A DNA stretch of 26,034 nt, from positions 1-26,034 of the forward strand of contig JAKFUW010000234.1 of assembly GCA_021732545.1 (NCBI GenBank). Direction: 5' to 3'. Every line of letters begins with the position of its first letter. The first letter of the stretch is position 1. Source of the stretch: Alphaproteobacteria bacterium. GTDB lineage: Bacteria > Pseudomonadota > Alphaproteobacteria > Rickettsiales > UBA3002. The notes beneath the pieces are model-generated. The model was not told where the DNA came from. It worked only from the letters and a program-made list of their open reading frames with translations, and searched no databases. The position numbers were made by a program, and so were the translations under genes. Positions 8,586-18,103 of the stretch are shown here, piece by piece.

Positions 8586-9968
8586 ATGATTCAACTTCCA
8601 TCATTACGCAATCAAACCATCGGCGTGTTAGGCCTCGGAAAAACCGGAAATGCAACGGTGGATGCACTGATTGCGTCAGGTGCAAATGTGATCGCGTGGG
8701 ATGACAATGAGGCCGCGCGCGAAGCATTGATAGTGGGGCGTTCTGGCAAAGTTAAAGTGCAGATTCCAGCTTCATGGCCGTGGCGTGATGTGGCCATGCT
8801 GGTGATGTCGCCGGGTATTGCGCTCACACACCCGAAACCGCATCATGTGGTGGAGCTAGCGCAGCAAGCAGGCGTCGAAATTATTGGCGATATTGAGCTG
8901 CTCTATCGTGCCTGCCCCGATGCTATTTATATTGCGATTACGGGTACCAATGGCAAATCGACGACGACTAGTTTGATTGGCCATATTTTGCAGCAATCAG
9001 GGCGGCATGTGCAGGTGGGTGGTAATCTGGGTCAACCCGTGCTCAGTATGGAGCCACTGAAGGCAGGTGACATCTATGTGTTGGAACTTTCTTCCTATCA
9101 ACTGGATTTAATAAACACGACAAGATTTAATGTCGCGGTGTTGCTTAATTTCAGCCCCGATCATTTGGATCGTCACGGTGATATGGCAGGATATATTGCG
9201 GCCAAAAAACATATTTTTGAACGCCAAGATTTGCAGTCCACGGCGATCGTGGGAGTCGATGATGCAACCGCCGAATCAGTATGCCGTGAGCTGATTGCGC
9301 ATGCTGCACAGAAGGTGATTCCCATCATGACCACGCAGCACAGTGACAAAGGTATTTGGGTGAAAGAGGCTGTGTTGCACAACCCATTAGCACAGCCCGA
9401 AATCACGTTGGATCTATCAGCATTTGAAACATTGCGCGGCGTGCATAATCATCAGAATGCAGCGGCGGCCTATGCAGCATGCTGGTCGGTCGGGATCGGC
9501 CACGCGCAAATTACTTCTGCTATGAAAAGTTATCCTGGCCTTGCACACCGAATGCAGCTGGTTGGTAAAAAAGACGGCGTAAGTTTTGTCAATGATAGCA
9601 AGGCAACGAATGCCGATGCTGCAGCAAAATCGCTTGGCAGTTACGAGACTATTTATTGGATAGCAGGGGGCATGGCCAAAGCGGGTGGTATTGAATCGCT
9701 TGCTCCTTATTTTCCGCGCATTAAACACGCTTTTTTAATCGGTACCGCGCAAGATGAATTTGCGGCAACCTTGCATGACCATGTGGCTGCACAAAAATGT
9801 GAAACGCTCGATGCGGCATTCCATGCTGCGCTGCAACAAATTGAACGCGATGGTGCGCAGAATGCAGTCATTCTTTTGGCACCTGCCTGCGCATCATTTG
9901 ATCAGTTCAAAAGCTTTGAACATCGCGGCGAGGTGTTTGTTGCGTTGGTGAATCAACATGCAATTTGA
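8586..9968 (+). CDS. murD: UDP-N-acetylmuramoyl-L-alanine--D-glutamate ligase MurD
   Basis: GLGKTG, SPGI, ITGTNGKSTTT, GGNLG, ELSSYQL, NDSKATN, APACASFDQF. Start moved to ATG 8586, just after the mraY stop. Confidence 0.96.
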   Translation: MIQLPSLRNQTIGVLGLGKTGNATVDALIASGANVIAWDDNEAAREALIVGRSGKVKVQIPASWPWRDVAMLVMSPGIALTHPKPHHVVELAQQAGVEIIGDIELLYRACPDAIYIAITGTNGKSTTTSLIGHILQQSGRHVQVGGNLGQPVLSMEPLKAGDIYVLELSSYQLDLINTTRFNVAVLLNFSPDHLDRHGDMAGYIAAKKHIFERQDLQSTAIVGVDDATAESVCRELIAHAAQKVIPIMTTQHSDKGIWVKEAVLHNPLAQPEITLDLSAFETLRGVHNHQNAAAAYAACWSVGIGHAQITSAMKSYPGLAHRMQLVGKKDGVSFVNDSKATNADAAAKSLGSYETIYWIAGGMAKAGGIESLAPYFPRIKHAFLIGTAQDEFAATLHDHVAAQKCETLDAAFHAALQQIERDGAQNAVILLAPACASFDQFKSFEHRGEVFVALVNQHAI

Positions 9969-11070
9969 CCGCACGAATCTTTCTCTCGTTGGTCGCTGGT
10001 GGTGGACGGTGGACCGCCCGACATGGTTTGCATTACTGCTGCTGATGTGTGTGGGCGCGGTGATGGTGACGGCGGCAAGTCCCGCTGTGGCTGAGCGTCT
10101 GGGTTATGATTCATTTTATTTTGTGACGCGCCAGCATATCTTTTTGGCGATGTCGCTGGCGGTGATGTTTGGTGTTTCACTTTTAAGTGTGCCGCAAATT
10201 CGCAAAGTGGCGGTGGCGACATTTTTAGTCAGCCTGATATTTATGTTGCTGCTGCCTTTGATTGGATTTGAAAATAAAGGTGCCATTCGCTGGGTACGGA
10301 TTGCGGGGATCTCGCTGCAACCATCGGAGTTTTTAAAGCCTGTTTTTGCCGTGGTGATGGCGTGGATTTTTGCGGAAAAATATCAGTCGCGCACCTTCCC
10401 TGCATTTCGGATTGCGCTAGCTGTTTATGCGCTGGTGGTGGTGCTGCTGATTATGCAGCCCGATTTTGGGATGACGGTGGCGCTGACCTGCATGTTTGGA
10501 ATTCAGTTTTTTCTGGCAGGCATGCCGTTTGTGTGGGTAGCGGTGATGCTGGGGATGGGGTTGTTTGGCGTGATTGCGGCCTATTTCTTTTTGCCGCATG
10601 TGACGCAACGGATTGATCGATTTTTAGACCCGTCATCGGGCGATAATTATCAGGTCGAAAAATCACTAGAGGCGTTTAAAAATGGCGGGTTGTTGGGGCG
10701 GGGACCGGGTGAAGGGGAAATCAAACACATCATCCCCGATTCGCATACCGATTTTGTGTTCTCGGTGGTGGGCGAAGAATATGGCCTCATTGTGAGCTTG
10801 CTGGTGATCGGAATTTTTGCGTTTGTGGTGATGCGAGGGCTATTTCGGTTGATGCAAGAGCAAGATGTGTTTGTGATGATTGCAGCATCTGGGTTGCTCG
10901 CGCAATTTGGGATTCAGGCGATTATCAATATGGGCGTGGCGGTGAATTTGCTACCCGCCAAAGGCATGACGCTGCCATTTTTAAGTTACGGTGGGTCGTC
11001 ACTGATTTCGATGGCGCTGGCGATGGGCATGTTGCTTGCGCTCACCCGAAAGCGATATGGGATAAGATAG
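9958..11070 (+). CDS. ftsW: SEDS peptidoglycan polymerase FtsW
   Basis: GAIRWV, LQPSEFLKP, QPDFG, PDSHTDFVF, KGMTLPFLSYGGSS. Confidence 0.97.
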   Translation: MQFDRTNLSLVGRWWWTVDRPTWFALLLLMCVGAVMVTAASPAVAERLGYDSFYFVTRQHIFLAMSLAVMFGVSLLSVPQIRKVAVATFLVSLIFMLLLPLIGFENKGAIRWVRIAGISLQPSEFLKPVFAVVMAWIFAEKYQSRTFPAFRIALAVYALVVVLLIMQPDFGMTVALTCMFGIQFFLAGMPFVWVAVMLGMGLFGVIAAYFFLPHVTQRIDRFLDPSSGDNYQVEKSLEAFKNGGLLGRGPGEGEIKHIIPDSHTDFVFSVVGEEYGLIVSLLVIGIFAFVVMRGLFRLMQEQDVFVMIAASGLLAQFGIQAIINMGVAVNLLPAKGMTLPFLSYGGSSLISMALAMGMLLALTRKRYGIR

Positions 11071-11127
11071 TTGCCAGTTGCCAGTTTTCAGCTATGACTA
11101 ACGACTCGCAACTCGCAACTGGCAACT
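11069..11127. repeat. Inverted pair of 7-mer tandem arrays (AGTTGCC / GGCAACT type), ftsW-murG
   Basis: AGTTGCCAGTTGCCAGTT (11069-11086) versus AACTCGCAACTGGCAACT (11110-11127): 17/18 complementary. Fills the 61-nt gap and begins in the ftsW TAG. Confidence 0.9.
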
Positions 11128-11131
11128 CATC

Positions 11132-12229
11132 ATGACTATCCTTCTTGCATCAGGCGGCACTGGCGGCCATATCTTTCCCGCGCAAGCGTTGGCGGAAAGT
11201 TTGCTTGCGCAAAACATTTCTGTGGCGCTGATGACGGATCGCCGTTTTCATCACTATAATGAGGCGGCGCTGCAAGGGGTGTTTGGGCGCATTCCACTGC
11301 ATCATATTCATGCCGGAAATCTGAGCGGTAACCTCATTCAAAAACTCAAAGGTTCGCTTGCCTTAGTGCGAGGCATTATGCAAGCGCGGCGGATCATCAA
11401 ACGCATGAAGCCTGCATGCGTGGTTGGCTTTGGCGGGTATCCCTCGTTCCCCACATTGTTGGCGGCAACGATGCTAAACGTGCCGACCATTGTGCATGAA
11501 CAAAATTCGGTATTGGGGCGCACCAATCGCTGGTTGAGCCGCCGTGTGAGCCGCATTGCGACCACCTATGAAACCACCCAATTACTGCCTGAAAGTTGCA
11601 AACATAAAGCGGTGTGTGTTGGCAATCCGGTGCGTGCGGCGGTGTTGGCGTTGCGTGAATTACCGTATGTTGCGCCTGAGCAAGATGGTATTTTACGAGT
11701 GCTGATCACCGGCGGTAGCCAGGGTGCGCATGTGTTTAGCGCCGTGGTGCCCGAGGCCGTGAAGTTACTTCCCGAAGCGCTGCGCGTGCGCTTGCGGATT
11801 GAGCAGCAATGCCGTGCCGATGTGATGGATGCCACGCGCGCCGCTTATGCCGCCATGGGAATTCAGGCCGATCTTGCGCCGTTTTTTGCTGACATTCCGC
11901 AACGCCTTGCTTCGGCGCATTTAGTGATTGGCAGAGCAGGGGCATCGACCGTGGCGGAGTTATCGTGCGCTGGCAGACCCGCGCTTTTGGTGCCCTATCC
12001 TGCGGCGATGGACAACCACCAATATTATAATGCGCAAAGCGTGGCGGATGCGAATGCGGGCTGGGTGATGGTGCAAGATGGCTTCACGCCACAAGCGTTG
12101 GCTGCGCGGCTGGAAGCTTTGTTGCTGACTCCCGATACACTCACCCAAACGGCCGCGAACATGCGCGAGCTTGGCAAGCCCGATGCAGCGGATGCGTTGG
12201 CTCGGTTGGTTTTGGGTTCTAGGGGCTAG
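11132..12229 (+). CDS. murG: Glycosyltransferase MurG
   Basis: GGTGGHIFPA, GFGGYPS, HEQN, GNPVR, GGSQGA, RAGAST, HQYYNA. Confidence 0.97.
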   Translation: MTILLASGGTGGHIFPAQALAESLLAQNISVALMTDRRFHHYNEAALQGVFGRIPLHHIHAGNLSGNLIQKLKGSLALVRGIMQARRIIKRMKPACVVGFGGYPSFPTLLAATMLNVPTIVHEQNSVLGRTNRWLSRRVSRIATTYETTQLLPESCKHKAVCVGNPVRAAVLALRELPYVAPEQDGILRVLITGGSQGAHVFSAVVPEAVKLLPEALRVRLRIEQQCRADVMDATRAAYAAMGIQADLAPFFADIPQRLASAHLVIGRAGASTVAELSCAGRPALLVPYPAAMDNHQYYNAQSVADANAGWVMVQDGFTPQALAARLEALLLTPDTLTQTAANMRELGKPDAADALARLVLGSRG

Positions 12230-12326
12230 GTGCTAGGGGCTATAGAAGAAATACACAGGGTGGTTGCGTATTGCAGACGATAGCGTTAGATATATGACTA
12301 GCCCCTAACCCCTAGAGCCTGGCCCC
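12215..12326. repeat. Inverted pair of 7-mer tandem arrays (GGGGCTA / TAGCCCC type), murG-murC
   Basis: GGTTCTA GGGGCTA GGTGCTA GGGGCTA (12215-12242, contains the murG TAG) and TAGCCCC TAACCCC TAGAGCC TGGCCCC (12299-12326); murC ATG at 12329. Confidence 0.9.
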
Positions 12327-12328
12327 TT

Positions 12329-13810
12329 ATGAACACAACTACCATTCGATCTTTTCCCGTATCCAAAACCATGTCGCTCGATGTGGGCACATTGCATTTT
12401 GTGGGCATTGGTGGCATCGGTATGAGCGGCATTGCGGAGGTGCTGCACAATTTAGGATATACCGTGCAAGGCACCGATTTAAGCGAGAGTGCCACGGTGG
12501 AACGCTTGCGCGGTTTGGGCATGAAGGTGATGATCGGCCACGCGGCAGAGCACATTGCGGGGGCCAGCGCCATTGTGATTTCGTCTGCGGTCAAACCCAC
12601 TAACGCGGAAGTGATCGAGGCGCGCAATCAACGGATTCCGGTGTTGCGTAGAGCAGAAATGCTCGCCGAATTGATGCGCTTGAAAATGACCGTTTCCATC
12701 GCGGGAACCCACGGCAAAACCACCACCACGTCACTAGTGGCCGCGATGTTTGAAGCGGCAGGCCTCAACCCCACCGTCATCAATGGCGGCATCATCAACG
12801 CCTATGGCACCAACGCTGTGCTAGGCAAAGGCGAATGGATGGTGGTGGAAGCCGATGAATCCGACGGCACCTTCATCAAGATCCCCTCAACCATTGCGGT
12901 CGTCACCAACATCGACCCCGAACATCTCGATCATTATGGATCGTTCGATAATCTGCGCGCGGCGTTTAAGCAGTTCCTCGAGAATATTCCGTTTTATGGA
13001 TTTGGAGTGATGTGTCTGGATCATCCCGAAGTGCAAAATCTCGTTGCCAAAATCACCGATCGGCGCGTGATCACTTATGGCCTAAGCCCCCAAGCCGATG
13101 TGCGCGCGGTGAATGTAGCGCCACAGGGTAAAGTGCAGCGATTCGATGTGGAAATTATGGACCGCGTGACCGCAGAAATTCGCGTGATCAAAGGCGTGGA
13201 ACTGCCGATGCACGGCCAGCATAATGTGCTCAATGCGTTGGCTGCGGTCAGTGTGGCGATTGAGCTTGGCATGCCCGATGCTGCGATCATCAAAGGCTTC
13301 AAGAACTTTGGTGGCGTCAAGCGCCGCTTCACGCAAACGGGGCAGGTGGATGGCATCACCATCATTGATGATTATGGTCATCATCCGGTGGAAATTGCGG
13401 CGACATTATCGGCGGCGCGCGCAGCGGTAGCCGGCACGCAAGGCCGCGTGATTGCGGTGGTGCAACCGCATCGCTATTCGAGGCTTTCGAGTTTATTTGA
13501 AGGTTTTTGCACCTGCTGCAATGATGCGGATCTGGTGATTGTGGCACCGGTTTACACTGCGGGCGAAGAACCGATTGAAGGCATTCACAGCGAGGCGCTG
13601 GCGGAGGGTTTGCGAAACCATGGCCATAAGCAGGTGATGCTGCTCGAATCGGAACATGATCTGGCTGGCTTGATTGATGAACTGGCACTCCCTGATGATT
13701 ATGTGATTTGTTTGGGCGCAGGCAGCATCAGCAAATGGGCGAATGCATTGCCTGAGCAATTATCGAAAATACGAAGTCATGAAAATACGAAGTCACGAAA
13801 CGCATCATGA
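12329..13810 (+). CDS. murC: UDP-N-acetylmuramate--L-alanine ligase MurC
   Basis: [59 protein letters not shown]. Exact start uncertain (a later ATG is possible). Confidence 0.96.
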   Translation: MNTTTIRSFPVSKTMSLDVGTLHFVGIGGIGMSGIAEVLHNLGYTVQGTDLSESATVERLRGLGMKVMIGHAAEHIAGASAIVISSAVKPTNAEVIEARNQRIPVLRRAEMLAELMRLKMTVSIAGTHGKTTTTSLVAAMFEAAGLNPTVINGGIINAYGTNAVLGKGEWMVVEADESDGTFIKIPSTIAVVTNIDPEHLDHYGSFDNLRAAFKQFLENIPFYGFGVMCLDHPEVQNLVAKITDRRVITYGLSPQADVRAVNVAPQGKVQRFDVEIMDRVTAEIRVIKGVELPMHGQHNVLNALAAVSVAIELGMPDAAIIKGFKNFGGVKRRFTQTGQVDGITIIDDYGHHPVEIAATLSAARAAVAGTQGRVIAVVQPHRYSRLSSLFEGFCTCCNDADLVIVAPVYTAGEEPIEGIHSEALAEGLRNHGHKQVMLLESEHDLAGLIDELALPDDYVICLGAGSISKWANALPEQLSKIRSHENTKSRNAS

Positions 13811-13839
13811 CGTCGTGCCTTCCTGACGTCGTGCCTTCG
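13764..13839. repeat. Inverted pair of 8/16-mer tandem arrays inside the murC end and murB start
   Basis: CGAAAATACGAAGTCA TGAAAATACGAAGTCA (13764-13795) and TGACGTCGTGCCTTCC TGACGTCGTGCCTTCG (13808-13839). CGAAGTCA complements TGACGTCG and TGCCTTCG with 1 mismatch each. Confidence 0.75.
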
Positions 13840-14787
13840 TCTCTTCCTGCTGTGCGCGGCAGTTACAGGGCGTCCGCTGATTTATCGGCTACCACTTGGT
13901 TTCGCGTGGGTGGTTGCGCAGAGATTTTATTCAAGCCTGCTGATGCGGAAGATCTTGCGCATTTTATCGCGCATAAATCAAGCGATGTGCCTGTTACGAT
14001 TTTAGGCGTGGGATCTAATGTAGTGGTACGCGATGGCGGGATTGATGGCGTGGTGATTCGCTTAGGACGAGGGTTCACACAGATGACGCTTTCCCCTCAC
14101 CCTAACCCTCTCCCGGGGGAGAGGGAAGCTGCGCGCAGCGCAGCGGGTGATGAGGTGTTAACGGTAGGCGCTGGTTGCTTGGACACCAATGTCGCAGAGT
14201 TTGCCGCGCAACGTCACGTGCAAGGGTTGGAATTTTTAAGTGGGATTCCAGGCACCATCGGCGGCGCACTAGCCATGAATGCGGGAGCTTACGGCGCTGA
14301 GATCAAAGATGTGTTAATAATGGCGCAAGCGGTCAGCCCTGCAGGGCAATTAGTGTGGCTGGATGCACACGAACTCGAATTTTCGTATCGCCATTGTGGA
14401 TTGCCACATGGGTGGATTTTTACCGCCGCAGTGCTGCGTGCACCACGCGGTGACGAGGCGACGATTCGCACACGAATGGCTACAATTGCTGCGGCTCGCG
14501 AATCGACACAGCCTACACGCGAGCGCACGGGTGGCAGCACGTTTAAAAACCCCACACTGCCCGATGGCACCACAAAAAAAGCGTGGGAGTTGATTGACGC
14601 GGCCGGCTGTCGTGGTATGATGATAGGAGCGGCGCAAGTGTCGCAGTTGCATTGCAACTTTTTGATCAATAATGGCGGCGCCACCGCAGACGAGATTGAA
14701 CGGCTCGGCGAAGAAGTTCGCGAAAAGGTGTTCGCAAACTCCGGCATCAGACTGGAGTGGGAAATAAAACGCATCGGCAAGAAGTAG
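13807..14787 (+). CDS. murB: UDP-N-acetylenolpyruvoylglucosamine reductase MurB, with an in-frame palindromic insertion
   Basis: [63 protein letters not shown]. Confidence 0.96.
   Translation: MTSCLPDVVPSSLPAVRGSYRASADLSATTWFRVGGCAEILFKPADAEDLAHFIAHKSSDVPVTILGVGSNVVVRDGGIDGVVIRLGRGFTQMTLSPHPNPLPGEREAARSAAGDEVLTVGAGCLDTNVAEFAAQRHVQGLEFLSGIPGTIGGALAMNAGAYGAEIKDVLIMAQAVSPAGQLVWLDAHELEFSYRHCGLPHGWIFTAAVLRAPRGDEATIRTRMATIAAARESTQPTRERTGGSTFKNPTLPDGTTKKAWELIDAAGCRGMMIGAAQVSQLHCNFLINNGGATADEIERLGEEVREKVFANSGIRLEWEIKRIGKK
14093..14155. repeat. BoxC-like palindromic element in frame within murB
   Basis: CCCTCACCCTAA-CCCTCTCCC/GGGAGAGGG hairpin (14106-14125), GCTGCGC/GCGCAGC hairpin (14128-14144), closing GGGTGA; encodes [18 protein letters not shown]. 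Confidence 0.85.
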
Positions 14788-14842
14788 TCTCCAGCGGCCA
14801 GTGGCCAGTATTCTGGGGACTGGCAACTGACGACTGGAGACT
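14786..14842. repeat. Inverted pair of 7-mer tandem arrays (AGTNNCC / GGNNACT type), murB-ddl
   Basis: AGTCTCC AGCGGCC AGTGGCC AGT from the murB TAG; GGGGACT GGCAACT GACGACT GGAGACT (14815-14842). Outer units AGTCTCC/GGAGACT pair perfectly. Confidence 0.88.
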
Positions 14843-14847
14843 GCCTG

Positions 14848-15747
14848 ATGCACATAGCCCTACTTAAAGGTGGAATTTCAACCGAGCGCGAGGTATCGCT
14901 CACCAGCGGTGCAGCGGTGGAAAAAGCCTTGCTGACATTGGGCTATAAGGTGAGCCCGATTGATGTGGGACACGATGTGGCAGCACAACTTTCCGCGCTC
15001 AAACCCGACGCAGCATTCAATGCGCTGCATGGTCGCTATGGCGAGGATGGCTGCATCCAAGGCATCTTAGAATATCTGAAAATTCCTTATACGCATTCGG
15101 GCGTGTTGGCCTCGGCTTTGGCGATGGATAAACCGATGGCCAAACATATCTTTGCGCAAAGCGGTTTGCGCTGCGCAGCAGGCGACGTGTTCACGAAAGC
15201 GCAGATGCTAAGCGGCGATCCGATGCCACGACCTTATGTGGTGAAACCATTGAATGAAGGTTCCAGCGTTGGGGTCACGATTGTGCATGAGCATGACAAT
15301 TTTTTCTTCGATGCGACTAACTGGCATTTTGGCGAGGCGGTGCTGGTCGAGACCTATATTGCAGGGCGCGAAATTCAAGTGGCGGTGCTGGATAATGAGG
15401 CACTCGGCGCGATTGAGGTTAAACCGCTCAGTGGTTTTTATGATTATGAAGCCAAATATACAGATGGAAAAGCGCTGCACCTCATGCCCGCGCCGATTGA
15501 TAAAGCGCGCTATGATGAGGTGTGCGAACTGGGCTTACGTGCGCATCAAGCGCTCGGGTGCCGAGGACTTACACGATCAGATTTTCGTTTCAATGAAGGC
15601 GGCGACAATCAGTTTTACATTCTGGAAACCAATACGCAACCAGGCATGACGCCGCTGTCGCTCTCGCCCGAAATTGCCGCGCATCGCGGTATCAGTTTTG
15701 AGCAATTGATAGAGCGACTGGTGAAGGGGGCGCGGCTGGATGGCTAA
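14848..15747 (+). CDS. ddl: D-alanine--D-alanine ligase
   Basis: GGISTEREVSL, NALHGRYGEDG, PYTHSG, AMDK, VKPLNEGSSVG, FYDYEAKY, LETNTQPGMT. Confidence 0.97.
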   Translation: MHIALLKGGISTEREVSLTSGAAVEKALLTLGYKVSPIDVGHDVAAQLSALKPDAAFNALHGRYGEDGCIQGILEYLKIPYTHSGVLASALAMDKPMAKHIFAQSGLRCAAGDVFTKAQMLSGDPMPRPYVVKPLNEGSSVGVTIVHEHDNFFFDATNWHFGEAVLVETYIAGREIQVAVLDNEALGAIEVKPLSGFYDYEAKYTDGKALHLMPAPIDKARYDEVCELGLRAHQALGCRGLTRSDFRFNEGGDNQFYILETNTQPGMTPLSLSPEIAAHRGISFEQLIERLVKGARLDG

Positions 15748-16684
15748 AATTGGAAGTGCCATTGCCCCTTGTTCCCAGCTGATGGCGCAGCGTAAGATGT
15801 CGCATGATGACGATGAACTGCCGATGAAATGGGAAGAAGATTGTGTGGCGATCAGTCGCCAGAAAGCGCGACATCGCGCGCGCGCGGGCTGGAAGCGCCG
15901 TGTGATGCTGATTGCGATGGTGATGATTCCTACTTATGTGGGTTTGGGTGGCTGGTGGGTGTGGACGCAAAACTCCGCGCAAGTTTTTTCTAAATCCGTC
16001 ACAAACTGGGTGCTGGGCATCACCGCCGATGCAGGGTTTAAAGTGCAGCATATTGAGGTTGCGGGCCTTAAAAATCTGCGCCCCGAATGGGTGCTGGATG
16101 CGGCGAACATCCGCATCGGTGATCCGATTTTTAGCGTGTCGGTAGCCGCATTGTGGAAGAACATTCAAGCGCTCCCCGAAGTGCGCAGCGTGCAAATTGA
16201 GCGCGATCTGCCCGACACATTGCGGCTGGTGGTGACCGAGCGCGAGGCGGTAGCGCGGTGGCAATATCAGGGCCGTCAGCAGTGGATGGACCGCGATGGA
16301 ACGCTGCTCGCCAATCAGCAGCACGCGGCCACAGATGGCGATATGGTGCTGGTGGGTAAAGATGTGCCCGCGCATGCGGAGCGTTTTTTGAAGCTGATGG
16401 AAACCACGCCTGCGCTCAAAGAAAAAATTGTTTCTGCGGTGCGTGTGGGTAATCGTCGCTGGGATGTAGCGTTTGATAATGGTTTGGTGGTAAAGCTTCC
16501 AGCAAGCAATATGGCAGCTGCATGGAAAAAATTTGCGGCGCTGGTGGAGAATGAAAAACTGATGGATCGTGATATCAACATGGTGGATTTGCGCATTGAA
16601 GGTCGCGTCTTTTTAACGCTGAATCCGCAACCCGATGCATTGAAAATGATGCCGCTGACATTGACATCAGAGTCACCGCAATGA
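15740..16684 (+). CDS. ftsQ: Cell division protein FtsQ
   Basis: Single TM, POTRA-like segment (ALPEVRSVQIERDLPDTLRLVVTERE), RVGNRRWD, VDLR; between ddl and ftsA. Start uncertain. Confidence 0.92.
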   Translation: MAKIGSAIAPCSQLMAQRKMSHDDDELPMKWEEDCVAISRQKARHRARAGWKRRVMLIAMVMIPTYVGLGGWWVWTQNSAQVFSKSVTNWVLGITADAGFKVQHIEVAGLKNLRPEWVLDAANIRIGDPIFSVSVAALWKNIQALPEVRSVQIERDLPDTLRLVVTEREAVARWQYQGRQQWMDRDGTLLANQQHAATDGDMVLVGKDVPAHAERFLKLMETTPALKEKIVSAVRVGNRRWDVAFDNGLVVKLPASNMAAAWKKFAALVENEKLMDRDINMVDLRIEGRVFLTLNPQPDALKMMPLTLTSESPQ

Positions 16685-17955
16685 TGAGCAATTCTCTGAT
16701 GATGCATGAAGCGATTCGCGGTAAACATGGCAGCTTTGCGATGCTCGATATTGGCACGACGAAAGTGGTGTGTTTCATCGGCCATTTAACCGCCGACGGT
16801 GTGCAGATTAATGGCGTGGGGCATCAGCTGTGCAAGGGTATGAAATCGGGCGCGATCACCGATGTGGGCGGCGTGGAAGCCTCCATTTTGGCAGCGGTGC
16901 ATGCCGCGGAACAAATGGCGGGCGAGCCGATTGAAAATGTGATGGTGAGCGTGAATGGCGTGAGCCTGAAATCGCGTAGCGTATCGATTGAACTTGAAGT
17001 GGCAGGCGATGCTGCGCACGATCACGATATTGTCGATTTAATTCACGAAGGATGCGCGAGCTTAGAAGATGAATCGCATACGATTTTGCATGCGTTTCCC
17101 ATTCAATATTATCTGGATGCGACCAAGGGATTGTCCGATCCGCGCGGGATGGCAGGGCATGTGCTGGGCACCGAACTTCATGTGGTGACGGCCAATAATA
17201 TCTTCCTCAAAAACATCACCAACTGCGTGGCGCGCTGTCATTTAAACATCGATGGTTATGTGATGGCGTCGCACGCTTCGGCGTTGGCGTGTTTAACTGA
17301 GGATGAACGCGAGCTGGGCGTGACGCTGATTGATATGGGCGGCGGGGTCACGAGTTTTTCGGTGTTTGCAGGTGGCAAAAATATTTTCTCCGATGCGATT
17401 CCTGTTGGTGGCAAACATGTCTCTAATGACATTGCGCGCGGCCTTTCCACCACGCTGATTCATGCCGAGCGTTTGAAGACCATTCATGGCAGCGCGATTG
17501 GTTCGGTCAAAGATGCCGAGGTGATGATTGAAGTGCCGCAACTGGGCGAAGAAGATGAAGACGAAGCAGCACTCATGCCGCGCTCGCATCTGGTGGGCGT
17601 GGTGCGCCCGCGCATGGAAGAAATCTTTGAGATGGTGCGAAGCAAACTCGAAGCCGCAGGAGTCGACCGCGCAGCAGGCAGACGCTGTGTGCTCACCGGT
17701 GGCGGCAGCCAGATGATCGGTGTCACCGATTTAGCCTCGCGCATGCTCAGCAAACAAGTACGCAAAGGCCGCCCGATCGAAATTCCAGGGCTTGCTGAAA
17801 TGGCAAGCGGCCCATCGTTCGCCACCGCCATCGGCATGGTGCAATTTTTAACACACCAACCGTGGGAAGAATCCCTGCTGCACGATGCGCATTATGGCCA
17901 CCGCTTCATCCGCATGACCGACCGCGTGAAGCAGTGGTTTAGGCGGAATGTTTAG
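16681..17955 (+). CDS. ftsA: Cell division protein FtsA
   Basis: LDIGTTKV, DPRGMAG, LIDMGGGVT, PVGGKHVSNDIA, AERLK, LTGGGSQ, FATAIG, C-terminal WFRRNV amphipathic tail. Confidence 0.97.
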   Translation: MMSNSLMMHEAIRGKHGSFAMLDIGTTKVVCFIGHLTADGVQINGVGHQLCKGMKSGAITDVGGVEASILAAVHAAEQMAGEPIENVMVSVNGVSLKSRSVSIELEVAGDAAHDHDIVDLIHEGCASLEDESHTILHAFPIQYYLDATKGLSDPRGMAGHVLGTELHVVTANNIFLKNITNCVARCHLNIDGYVMASHASALACLTEDERELGVTLIDMGGGVTSFSVFAGGKNIFSDAIPVGGKHVSNDIARGLSTTLIHAERLKTIHGSAIGSVKDAEVMIEVPQLGEEDEDEAALMPRSHLVGVVRPRMEEIFEMVRSKLEAAGVDRAAGRRCVLTGGGSQMIGVTDLASRMLSKQVRKGRPIEIPGLAEMASGPSFATAIGMVQFLTHQPWEESLLHDAHYGHRFIRMTDRVKQWFRRNV

Positions 17956-18041
17956 GGGTAGGGGCGAGGGATGAGGGGCTAGGAGAGTTCACCTCTCCCA
18001 CTGGGAGAGGTAAAGTCACATCCCTCGCCCCTCGTCCCCCC
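17953..18041. repeat. 7-mer inverted arrays (AGGGGCG/AGGGATG type) enclosing a BoxC-like hairpin after ftsA
   Basis: AGGGGCGAGGGATG (17960-17973) pairs perfectly with CATCCCTCGCCCCT (18019-18032); internal ACCTCTCCC-ACT-GGGAGAGGT (17991-18011). Confidence 0.88.
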
Positions 18042-18097
18042 AATAACAATCCTTGTTATTCGTTCAAAATTCTGTTTATAATAGAACAAATTGGAGG
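18042..18097 (+). promoter_or_regulatory. Promoter, operator palindrome and RBS of the parDE module
   Basis: Perfect IR AATAACAA-TCC-TTGTTATT (18042-18060); TTGTTA (18053-18058), 18 nt, TATAAT (18077-18082); GGAGG at 18093-18097. Confidence 0.65.
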
Positions 18098-18103
18098 ATG
18101 CCC

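Noticed and set aside
12700-12960. Apparent patch of C-ending codons in murC (similar at the end of ftsA)
   Set aside because: Visual impression only; needs a sliding-window codon-usage calculation before any recombination claim.
15875-15886. (CG)6 run in ftsQ
   Set aside because: Explained by Arg-Ala-Arg-Ala codons; isolated.
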